Virus record (IMG/VR): IMGVR_UViG_3300023047_000002
Length of the DNA: 64,000 bases
From: a virus
Taxonomy: Duplodnaviria > Caudoviricetes
Strand: one strand, 5' to 3'
Below, in pieces: positions 55,253-63,957 of this stretch (positions are counted from its first letter, which is position 1; each line of letters starts with the position of its first letter). The translations under genes and the position numbers were made by a program. The notes under the pieces are model-generated. The model searched no databases, had not been told where the DNA came from, and saw only the letters and a list, made by a program, of their open reading frames with translations.

Positions 55253-58219
55253 TTAGATTGCTCCGGATTCAACTGTATTTGCTGACGAATCAACAATGAA
55301 ATCAACAGTAAAGATTTCAGCATCAGGAACGAACTGTAAATGAATCACGCCGTTGATTTTACGCTGTGCAATCAATTCTGGTGATGTCGTGTCGAAACCC
55401 ATTGCAACAGAATACTGTGCAAGACCTCCAAGTGCGTATATAGGTTCAAGAATGCTTGAAGAAACGTACTGTTTCCATTTCTGCCAAAGAGAACGGTCAT
55501 TAAGCGAGAATGTCAGTGTGTTCGTATACCGATCAACCTGCTGGTGGATATACACGAGAGTTCTTGCGATATGGGCTGCACTCAAATCGGTGTATTTGTA
55601 ATTCAAGGTTTCATTTCCGTAAATTTGAACACCAAGTACGCCCAAATCGAAAATAGGATTGATTCGATGATTGATAAGTTTATTTCGTTCTGTCTTTGTG
55701 GATGGATTGCGAATAACAGAAACACCGTCAGGAAGTTTACCACCCTGCTCACCGGCAACAGGATAGAACGTACCACGTGTACGATATGAAGCAAGGCCAC
55801 GCATGATGACGAGATAACATGGCGACATGTCAACACGTACAGTATTCGAAAGGACACCGTTATTCAGTTTCTGACAGGTCACACGAACCCAATCCCAATA
55901 CATCTCACAGTAAAAACTCTGATCACCATAAGTAACAGGCTCAGACATGCCGTATTCCCATAGGTCAGAAAATTCACCAAGAGAGTTTACCCAGTTGCAC
56001 GCATCATCCAGCGACATACCATATGGAGTTGTAAATATGCATGTCAAATCCTTACGGTCAGCTGCAATCTGTTTTAGGTAGTAATGTAATACACGTCTTG
56101 GAGACTCCTCCTCCTCTATTTTTTCAGGAAGATGGACAAGGTTTCCATCTTCATCTGTAACCATCGCAGAAAGCTCGGAAATAAAACATCCGTTATATGC
56201 AGGATTCTTGAACTCTTCAAAAGCACGCTGATAATCACCAACACCGAACGCCATTTTGCCCTGTGATAGAATAATTGGTTCTCCACAAGTATGTCCGCTT
56301 TTAACGACCGAACGTAAAGTCTCCACAACATCCGTACCATTAGCCTCATAGGGTTCCATGAGCGTAAACGACAGATAACTGCCCAATACAGAGTTCAACG
56401 ACTCCATGAAAGCACCGTTTGATAAACCCTCCGCCAGTGAAACACGTGTTGAAACAATCACATTCTGGTCAGGATTCGATTCATCATAATGAGAATACAG
56501 ACGCACATCCATTGCATACAGACCCAAAGATTTCGGTTTTAGCTGTATCAATTTTGTCATCAAGTAGAGTTCATCTGTGATACTCGAAATAACATCAGCA
56601 TAAGGCTTTGTCGCAGCCGTGTGTTTAACAGAAACCTCAAGACCATCTGTGAAAGGGATTTCAACACCCTCAGAATTCTTCTGCTTCTGGAATGTGACTT
56701 TTGTCTTGATTTCGCTGTCAACCATAACGGTCTCGACCTTGTAGTCAATCCCATCAACCATGTATGTGCACGACACAGGGCTGTTAGCCACATAAAGCCG
56801 TGTTTCACCAGAACCAGTAGATGCAAACGTAATCAGATTATTTGTCTTCGCATCTTCGTATTCCGTTGCATCGTAAAGTACTTCACCACCTAAAAGCGTG
56901 CAGGGCACGACACCCGGTAGAAAACGACCAAGCATGTCATCCGTTTTTACAGAAGCATCAACAGGATTACGTTTTTGATTGATTGCACATGCTAGTGCAA
57001 CATTCATCCCGAACTTCGTATTTGTTGAAGCCATCTTAACGCTTGACGGATATGTTGCAAACATACCGACAGGTGCAAGAGCACCCGAAGTGTCCGACCC
57101 AGTAGAGACTCTCGACAGAATCACGACATAATCATTGTCTTCAATGGCACTCTTGACATCTTCCTGCGAATACCAGTCAGTGTCGGTCGTGTCTATGGCA
57201 ATAATGGATTTCTGTGAAGCCCCCATAGCTGAAAGTTTCCCGAAAGCGTCTGCAAGATCAAATTCAGGTTCAGACGAAGGGAACGGAACAAAAATAAATT
57301 CGCCACACCCCGCAGAATTGAACCAGTACGTAATAATCTCATACACAGGCGAACTGTCATCAATTCCATAAATATTGCGAAGTTTAGCCAAGTCTCCGAT
57401 TTTCCAGATACCATGATAGTTACCGACGCCACCCTCAAGGGCAGTCCAGTCCGATAGCTCAGTTAAAAGCTCTTCATCGCTCTTGTCAAAAGAACCATAC
57501 ACTACAGTGTTTGAGTCAAACGAGTTAGCAACTGTATCACCACTGGAAGAAAGATTTTCAATCTCTTTGTATCCATCAGAACCCTTTTCACCTACATGTA
57601 CTGTATAAATGCTTCCTGTTTCGACACCATCCTGCATGGTGGATTCACGTGAAACCTTGACAGCAATGTTGTTACCGAAAGCACCCATTCGACGCATAAA
57701 AATTGTATTGGTTGAATCAAGTTCTTTCTTGGCTACCTTGTCAAGCGTACCGAAAGCAGTCTCGAAACCAAGCACAGGAATCCCATTCCCATTCGTTATA
57801 TCTGAAAGTTTCGTGTAACCGTCAATAAGAAGAACACCGTCTTCATCTGTACGCATTATATCTGTGAAAGTGTCTTTCTTTGAATCATCATTCAACAGAC
57901 AAATAAACTCAGCAGGATCACCAGAGGGTACTTTGCTGATATAAACAGAAAAACCAGTACGTACAATTTCACGAACTGCATAAAGGTCACGATACTTTTC
58001 AGGGTCAATACGTGGGTCACCAAACACACGGTCAAGCGTGTCTGTATCTTGAATAAATACAGGTTCATAAACAAGTTCCTCCGAATCTGACTTGGGCTTC
58101 GGTCCCCACGGCGTGACACACGCGAACAGTCCGGCGAAATCGGGTGCGTTCTTGATAAGCGAATTGTCCTTGATATATGTCTGGACATACGCCGCCTCTC
58201 TCGTAGTTGTAGGTTTCAT
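55253..58219 (-). CDS. Tail sheath protein
   Basis: TPWGP...VFGDP; C-terminal PVAG..G...RINPI...IYGNETL...RTL...FSLND. Confidence 0.88.
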   Translation of the reverse strand: MKPTTTREAAYVQTYIKDNSLIKNAPDFAGLFACVTPWGPKPKSDSEELVYEPVFIQDTDTLDRVFGDPRIDPEKYRDLYAVREIVRTGFSVYISKVPSGDPAEFICLLNDDSKKDTFTDIMRTDEDGVLLIDGYTKLSDITNGNGIPVLGFETAFGTLDKVAKKELDSTNTIFMRRMGAFGNNIAVKVSRESTMQDGVETGSIYTVHVGEKGSDGYKEIENLSSSGDTVANSFDSNTVVYGSFDKSDEELLTELSDWTALEGGVGNYHGIWKIGDLAKLRNIYGIDDSSPVYEIITYWFNSAGCGEFIFVPFPSSEPEFDLADAFGKLSAMGASQKSIIAIDTTDTDWYSQEDVKSAIEDNDYVVILSRVSTGSDTSGALAPVGMFATYPSSVKMASTNTKFGMNVALACAINQKRNPVDASVKTDDMLGRFLPGVVPCTLLGGEVLYDATEYEDAKTNNLITFASTGSGETRLYVANSPVSCTYMVDGIDYKVETVMVDSEIKTKVTFQKQKNSEGVEIPFTDGLEVSVKHTAATKPYADVISSITDELYLMTKLIQLKPKSLGLYAMDVRLYSHYDESNPDQNVIVSTRVSLAEGLSNGAFMESLNSVLGSYLSFTLMEPYEANGTDVVETLRSVVKSGHTCGEPIILSQGKMAFGVGDYQRAFEEFKNPAYNGCFISELSAMVTDEDGNLVHLPEKIEEEESPRRVLHYYLKQIAADRKDLTCIFTTPYGMSLDDACNWVNSLGEFSDLWEYGMSEPVTYGDQSFYCEMYWDWVRVTCQKLNNGVLSNTVRVDMSPCYLVIMRGLASYRTRGTFYPVAGEQGGKLPDGVSVIRNPSTKTERNKLINHRINPIFDLGVLGVQIYGNETLNYKYTDLSAAHIARTLVYIHQQVDRYTNTLTFSLNDRSLWQKWKQYVSSSILEPIYALGGLAQYSVAMGFDTTSPELIAQRKINGVIHLQFVPDAEIFTVDFIVDSSANTVESGAI

Positions 58220-58412
58220 AAGCATCTCCTTTTCGTTGTACAACGTAAAATCGTGCCCGTGCGGGTCAGCACCGATGTGCGCACAACAGGTGAAGACCTT
58301 AGATGCACATACGGCACGTAAATATATACGTCAAAATTTGATAAATAAACGTCATGATGTGCTTATGGCTAGGAAACAAAGACACATAAGACTTTCAGAC
58401 ATATACTGTCGG

Positions 58413-58613
58413 TCACTCGCCAACAGGTACAATGCGTGTCTCTATGCGATGGTCTTCACCACGAAGACATAGCAAAAAGTTTGTCCAGACACGACCCCTA
58501 AATGCATTGAAATGAGCAACAATGTATGAATCAAACGTCTTATACTGACGCCATTCAGAATCATTAACACGTTTCAGTTCAATCTGATACTTCATTGCAC
58601 TCAATCCTTTCAA
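58413..58613 (-). CDS. Small hypothetical protein
   Basis: MKYQIELKR... ORF. Confidence 0.5.
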   Translation of the reverse strand: MKGLSAMKYQIELKRVNDSEWRQYKTFDSYIVAHFNAFRGRVWTNFLLCLRGEDHRIETRIVPVGE

Positions 58614-58619
58614 AAAAGA

Positions 58620-58655
58620 AAAAGCCCGTTAGACAATATTGTCTAACGGGCTTTT
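58620..58655. terminator. Bidirectional terminator-like hairpin
   Basis: AAAAGCCCGTTAGACAATATTGTCTAACGGGCTTTT. Confidence 0.8.
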
Positions 58656-58681
58656 GATTTCACATAGAAGTAAATCTACAT

Positions 58682-59377
58682 TTAACAACGACGATAACGA
58701 CGTGTTCTCATCGTAGTTTTGCGTGATTCCTTGGCATCTTCTAAGGATTCTTCAAGGTTCTCAATAATGTCGTCAAGTTCGCCACAGACTGAGCTATAAA
58801 CATCATCAGCTTCGCCGGACACTTTGTCGTTGTAATACTCAACTTCCCACTGCAAATGTTTCACGCCAATAGCAAATACATTTTCAAAGTCTTCATCTGA
58901 ATTGATCACAGGAATGCCGTTGTCCAAAAACTGAACATCATCCTCGAATGAGAGGTCATCAAAAAGATCCGCAAAGGGAACTTCAATTTCATCAACACGA
59001 CCATGATCGTTCATGGCATAAGCAACGTCTTCGTCGAAATTGATGTCACGATATTCTTTTGCTTCATCCAGAGCTTCCTGAATAGCACTACGTGAGTTAT
59101 CTGCGGACATGAACGTATGACCTGTAACATCGCTAAGACGCAAAGATTCCGGATAAACCGTATGGAAAATCAGTGAGGTTTCCGTCACATCTTCGAGTTT
59201 CATGTAACCTTCATAAGGAAGTTCCTGACCGATACTGTCTCTTGTGGAAACATAGACTGAATCCCCGTCACTTGAACCACACTGGTCAAATGCTTCTGCC
59301 ACCATATCGTAAAAGTCGTCGCGGCCAATCTGCTTACGGCTTTCAAATTTACGTCTATTTCGTTGTTTCTTAATCAT
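58682..59377 (-). CDS. Acidic protein with basic termini (putative internal head protein)
   Basis: MIKKQRNRRKFES...AKESRKTTMRTRRYRRC; GGAGG RBS. Confidence 0.7.
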   Translation of the reverse strand: MIKKQRNRRKFESRKQIGRDDFYDMVAEAFDQCGSSDGDSVYVSTRDSIGQELPYEGYMKLEDVTETSLIFHTVYPESLRLSDVTGHTFMSADNSRSAIQEALDEAKEYRDINFDEDVAYAMNDHGRVDEIEVPFADLFDDLSFEDDVQFLDNGIPVINSDEDFENVFAIGVKHLQWEVEYYNDKVSGEADDVYSSVCGELDDIIENLEESLEDAKESRKTTMRTRRYRRC

Positions 59378-59378
59378 A

Positions 59379-60002
59379 CTAAACCTCCTCACCATTATCG
59401 TAATCATCAGGATAAATACCGTCGAGAAGGTAATCATTCGGGTTGACTTCTTCGATACGAAGGTTTTCACGTACATAAAGCTGTGGATCAACGTACAGAT
59501 AACCATAGGCGTCCAAGGCCTGATCGCAGAGATCATACCAACGGTCATCACCAATACGGTTACAGATTTCATCCATGCTCATGTCTTTTATGCTTTCGAC
59601 TTCTTCAGGTGTAAAGCCATATTTCTCAGGGTCATCGAGAATGGCGTCACGTGCATAATCACCCTGAATGTCATAGATTTCATCATCAGGAACGAGCAGG
59701 TAGCTCGCGTTTTCTGCGCACCAACCGACAGCAGTTTCAAGAATCGTTTCAAGAGCACTATCGCTACCCCATACGAGCATCGTGTCAAGGAAGTATCCAT
59801 GACCGGGCCAAATACCTACCTGAAAGAGATGATCGCAGTAATTGGCATCCTCTGGATTGATGCATCCGAACGTCGTGCGCATCTCACGTTCTTTACCATC
59901 GTAACTGCTCACGTAACCCTCGCAACGACGCTTTCCAGAAGTTTTCTGCTGTGCGCTTGAGTAATGTGTTCGTAACGTGTGTTTCTTAACTTCTTTGACC
60001 AT
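59379..60002 (-). CDS. Acidic protein with basic leader
   Basis: GGAGG RBS; starts MVKEVKKHTLR. Confidence 0.7.
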   Translation of the reverse strand: MVKEVKKHTLRTHYSSAQQKTSGKRRCEGYVSSYDGKEREMRTTFGCINPEDANYCDHLFQVGIWPGHGYFLDTMLVWGSDSALETILETAVGWCAENASYLLVPDDEIYDIQGDYARDAILDDPEKYGFTPEEVESIKDMSMDEICNRIGDDRWYDLCDQALDAYGYLYVDPQLYVRENLRIEEVNPNDYLLDGIYPDDYDNGEEV

Positions 60003-60393
60003 AACCAAATCCTCCCAAGAGATTATTCACTAAAGGCGAAACCATTATATACTTCAAAAATGACGATACCCACGACCGCAGCACCATCAAAGTATCGTTG
60101 TAATACATCTGCCGGAACCTAATGTCATGTTTGAAGTAAAACTCATGCCGTACCTCGTCATACGAAATACTGCGCAAAACTCTGTCACACTCCATTAATT
60201 TTGATTTCCGAAGTTCCATTTTTGGTATCTGCACAAAACACAAAATGCCTTGTGCCTGAACACGTTTAACAAGAACATCGGCATAACCGTTGTCGTATGG
60301 GTTCCTAATTGCAAATCTCATAGTACGACCGACCTGTGGTGCTGTGAAACAAAAGACACACATAAGTATGATAGAACTAATAGACGAGACCAA
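59986..60393 (-). CDS. Hypothetical protein
   Basis: ORF; the likely start is MRFAIR. Confidence 0.5.
   Translation of the reverse strand: MVSSISSIILMCVFCFTAPQVGRTMRFAIRNPYDNGYADVLVKRVQAQGILCFVQIPKMELRKSKLMECDRVLRSISYDEVRHEFYFKHDIRFRQMYYNDTLMVLRSWVSSFLKYIMVSPLVNNLLGGFGYGQRS
60336..60377 (+). promoter_or_regulatory. GTGGTGCTG-class promoter
   Basis: GTGGTGCTG-N27-TAGAAC with TGa extension. Confidence 0.65.
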
Positions 60394-60439
60394 AAGTCTT
60401 GGTCTTTTTGTTACTCACATGTGACTCAGAGGTAATGAC

Positions 60440-61582
60440 ATGAAAAAGGAAAAGTTTGAGACAAAAGAATTCATCACATTTGACACGGTATATGGCGACA
60501 ATCAGATAAACATCGACATACCACGTGAAAGATTTGACATTGAAAACTGCACGGTATGGCTCACATCGGAGCAGATAAGCGATATGTGCAATGTGACGGT
60601 CAACTTCATTAAGGCCACCCGTATAATGAAAAGCGGAGTGTTTGACGATGACACGTGTGTACGGTACGGAATGCCGGAGACGATGTACAACCTGTCTGTT
60701 TCACTCATGCTCCTACTAGAATACGCACCAACAGTTGCCAACAGATTCATCGCATTCGTTACTAAAAAACTCTGCGAACTCTACCTTGAAAACAGTCTCA
60801 AAGAGGAAGTCACTCTGAAAGAACTGCCGTTAAAAATGAAAGCCATCACGAACGAGTTCGAGAAGTTTAAAAAGAAAAACGAAGATTTGGAAGCACGGCT
60901 CAAACAAATGAGTGACGATATCGACTTGCTGAAACGAACAAGCAAACAATCAACTGACGATGTTATGAAAGTTCTTGAAACCAAAGTGAAGAAAGAAACT
61001 AACACAGACGCCGAGAAACTTCGACGTATCACCGAAAACGAAATGCAAAAGAGACTAAATCAGGAAAAGTTCTGTGATAACGTTGCCAACGACGAGTTTT
61101 TTACTGTTCCGGACTTCATGCACCTGCCATCCATCCAGAAGTTGTTCCTACTTAAAGGAATCAGTGACCAGTCACGATTATTCACCATGATTAAAAGTGT
61201 AATCACAACACAGGCCAACTACGGTGTTCGTGCAGAAATGTCCAAAACATTATGTATCTCTGCATACGAATCCAGTGAACTGTTCGACAAGATTATGTGC
61301 TCGTGGAAATCAGACAATCCAAGACCTATCGGTACGTTGGTTTCATTTCATTCAAAGGAAAAGATCGACAAGATTATTCGGCACGTAAAGACGTACACGT
61401 TTTATAGAGACGGTGAAACAAAGTACAACTGCCTTGCATCATACCCGTACAAACTTCTACGCGATGCCGTAAAAGCCGCAATACAATTCAACAAGTTCGA
61501 TGAAGTTCTGGACACGATAAAAAGCGTACTGGCAACGGATGATGAAATCGACAGCTTGGTAAAACAGTATCTCAACACATGA
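60440..61582 (+). CDS. DNA-binding protein with RhuM/antirepressor-like N-terminus and coiled coil
   Basis: TVWLTSEQISDM...YNL...ANRFIAFVTKKL. Confidence 0.6.
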   Translation: MKKEKFETKEFITFDTVYGDNQINIDIPRERFDIENCTVWLTSEQISDMCNVTVNFIKATRIMKSGVFDDDTCVRYGMPETMYNLSVSLMLLLEYAPTVANRFIAFVTKKLCELYLENSLKEEVTLKELPLKMKAITNEFEKFKKKNEDLEARLKQMSDDIDLLKRTSKQSTDDVMKVLETKVKKETNTDAEKLRRITENEMQKRLNQEKFCDNVANDEFFTVPDFMHLPSIQKLFLLKGISDQSRLFTMIKSVITTQANYGVRAEMSKTLCISAYESSELFDKIMCSWKSDNPRPIGTLVSFHSKEKIDKIIRHVKTYTFYRDGETKYNCLASYPYKLLRDAVKAAIQFNKFDEVLDTIKSVLATDDEIDSLVKQYLNT

Positions 61583-61587
61583 TACGA

Positions 61588-61614
61588 AAAAAGGCACTCA
61601 TTTGAGTGCCTTTT
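61588..61614. terminator. Bidirectional terminator between convergent genes
   Basis: AAAAAGGCACTC-ATTT-GAGTGCCTTTT. Confidence 0.8.
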
Positions 61615-61622
61615 CTTTTACG

Positions 61623-62231
61623 CTATCGTTTACCATAGCGGCTTTCTTGCTTCTGACCAAACATCTCTCCAAACCATTCTTCCATATCAGAAGCATAACT
61701 GGAATAGAGATTACCATTGCCTTTCACTTTAGTACCTCGACATACTGCAATAACAGGGTATGCCTCATCATAAGTGAGTTGACCTCTGTAAGAGCTTGAG
61801 TCTTTGCACATTTTCCTTATGGCAACAGCAACAGGCGTGTCATGCCAGTACACGTAAAGACAATGCTGTATTACGTCTTTACGGTTTGAGCATGCCGAAG
61901 CATCCGTGTAATAAGTTTCAAGTGCAAACCTATGTTCCAGTGAAGACTTTCCGAACAATCGTTCCAAAACTTCGAACAAAGCATCCCACACATCGGTACG
62001 TTTTTTGTCGTTAAGGCACCCGAAAGCGGCCATGGCGTACATATAATCATAAGCATCTAAACCGAGAAGGTTCTCTTCCAACCATTCAGAAAACTCCTGA
62101 ACTGATTTGTCACGGAACTTCCATGCGAGCTTCACCAGATACTTAAAATTCTTAAAGTCCGTAGCATTTAAGTAAGAAGCACCTAACGATTCCTTACGAA
62201 TCAAAGATTTTCTCTTGTATGTAATAAGCAT
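61623..62231 (-). CDS. Hypothetical protein with basic leader
   Basis: MLITYKRKSLIRKES after AGGAG. Confidence 0.7.
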   Translation of the reverse strand: MLITYKRKSLIRKESLGASYLNATDFKNFKYLVKLAWKFRDKSVQEFSEWLEENLLGLDAYDYMYAMAAFGCLNDKKRTDVWDALFEVLERLFGKSSLEHRFALETYYTDASACSNRKDVIQHCLYVYWHDTPVAVAIRKMCKDSSSYRGQLTYDEAYPVIAVCRGTKVKGNGNLYSSYASDMEEWFGEMFGQKQESRYGKR

Positions 62232-62244
62232 ACAGCATCTCCTG

Positions 62245-62628
62245 TTAATCAAAGTTGTTGTTTTCAGGCTCTTCTCCACCTTCCTCTGGTACAGGTTCTT
62301 CTCCTTCTGGTGCAGCTTCTTCACCACCCTCACCACCTGTTTCTTCATCAGAACCGTTACCACTGTCTTCGGCATTCTCAGCTTCAGCTTCTGCAGCATC
62401 CAAGTCAATACCGATATTAGACAAGGCTTCTTCGATACGGTCAATAACTGCCTCACCTCGTGCAACACGGTCAGACAATGTGGACACAAGTTCCTGCAAC
62501 TGTGCAAGAACCACATCGAAACCCAACGAGACACGGTCAGAAGGCTGACTGTCTTCCATTGCACGTGTCTTCGTCAATGACTTAACGAAATCCTGTGAAG
62601 CAATTTCAAGTTTATCGTTTCTGTACAT
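62245..62628 (-). CDS. Acidic Glu/Gly-rich protein
   Basis: GGAG RBS; coiled coil plus acidic tail. Confidence 0.65.
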   Translation of the reverse strand: MYRNDKLEIASQDFVKSLTKTRAMEDSQPSDRVSLGFDVVLAQLQELVSTLSDRVARGEAVIDRIEEALSNIGIDLDAAEAEAENAEDSGNGSDEETGGEGGEEAAPEGEEPVPEEGGEEPENNNFD

Positions 62629-62747
62629 AATGAAATCTCCAAATCATGTGCAAAAGGTGCACATGATTTGACTATTGTGCACCATAGGTTCTTTCTGTTA
62701 GATACAAGACAGTACTAATCCATATTCTCCCAACCATAATCGCCTTT

Positions 62748-62790
62748 GTGAACTACCAACCGCCTAAAGGCGGTTGGCTTCAGGTTTCAT
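62748..62790 (-). repeat. IS200/IS605 right-end hairpin
   Basis: GTGAACTACCAACCGCCTAAAGGCGGTTGGCTTCAGG, immediately after the stop of 62790..63254. Confidence 0.8.
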
Positions 62791-63254
62791 CAAACAAGAC
62801 TTAGCTTTCTTCGTAATTGAATACTTACCATGGCACTTGATCGTTCATATTTACGTGTTCTACTGCGAACAAATCTGGATTCCAAAGCACATTCAGAACC
62901 GCAACCGACGAGATCAGTCACTTTATCCAGAAGGTCACGTGACGTCCAACGAACCTTGCCGATAAGAACGTAGTCACCGCCCTCATCCTGTGGAGCAGCA
63001 AAGCATTTCGCCCAAACATTGTCGATTTCTACTTCACAGAACAACCCGTCCATGTAGTCGTCATCCGACGTGTTTCTTACAGTAACATACCCATAAGATT
63101 CATGTGGGATGACTTCCCATTTGTCGCCATCGGAGAAACTGTCAACGATGTTCAATGCCTGACAGATGTCCTGTGCCACATCAAGACGCCACTTAGCATC
63201 TTGTGCTTCTGATTCCTTACAAAAAACTCTATTTTTTAAGACCGGTTTTAACAT
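62790..63254 (-). CDS. Hypothetical protein with basic termini
   Basis: MLKPVLKNRVFCKES after AGGAGG. Confidence 0.7.
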   Translation of the reverse strand: MLKPVLKNRVFCKESEAQDAKWRLDVAQDICQALNIVDSFSDGDKWEVIPHESYGYVTVRNTSDDDYMDGLFCEVEIDNVWAKCFAAPQDEGGDYVLIGKVRWTSRDLLDKVTDLVGCGSECALESRFVRSRTRKYERSSAMVSIQLRRKLSLV

Positions 63255-63957
63255 CGATTCCTCCTTGTGGAACAAATTCCTCCCGTGGTGCGTGCACCTC
63301 AAGATCTGTAATAATACCTTTTGATTTGTCAGTATCTTTAACCTTAACGTGAATACCCATATCGTCAACCTGATACCTGCGATATTTACGGAAGATCCAA
63401 GCACGCAACGTTAATGACAAGGTAGCGCGATAAAAAGGTGTGTGCTCATCGAAATTGTCCAAATCAGAATTATCCTGAACACCATCAAAAAGCAAATGAA
63501 CGCTCATACCATCAATGATAGCGTCATCTGCATCGAACGTAAGGTATGGGAAACGCAAAAGATTTTCCTGTGCTTCAACGACAAGCTCATCAAAGTTATC
63601 CCTGTCAAGAGCGAGAATCTCAAGGTCGTACTTTAACTCATACGAACTATTCACAATGGTAAGGTCATCAGGATATCCATGCGAGGCTATCTGCTCAGGA
63701 GACATCATGTTCGTTCTTCTATCACCTGTCTTTAACTGTGAATACGTATTGTTGTCTTTATAAATCACAGGACATTGTGTTCTACGAAGAATCAGAACTG
63801 GAAATGAAATGTCCTGCCCCTCATAAATATTATTGTCACGTATTTCAGCGATGGAAATGCTCGCACGATTCACCCATACCGTGTTTGGATAAAAGAACTG
63901 AAACCGACGAAGAAGTCCCATATCGTAATCACGGATATCGACAATTTTACGTGCCAT
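63229..63957 (-). CDS. Putative tail completion/neck protein
   Basis: ISFPVLILRR...YELKYDLEI...FYRATLSLTL; lies upstream of the sheath cluster. Confidence 0.45.
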   Translation of the reverse strand: MARKIVDIRDYDMGLLRRFQFFYPNTVWVNRASISIAEIRDNNIYEGQDISFPVLILRRTQCPVIYKDNNTYSQLKTGDRRTNMMSPEQIASHGYPDDLTIVNSSYELKYDLEILALDRDNFDELVVEAQENLLRFPYLTFDADDAIIDGMSVHLLFDGVQDNSDLDNFDEHTPFYRATLSLTLRAWIFRKYRRYQVDDMGIHVKVKDTDKSKGIITDLEVHAPREEFVPQGGIDVKTGLKK

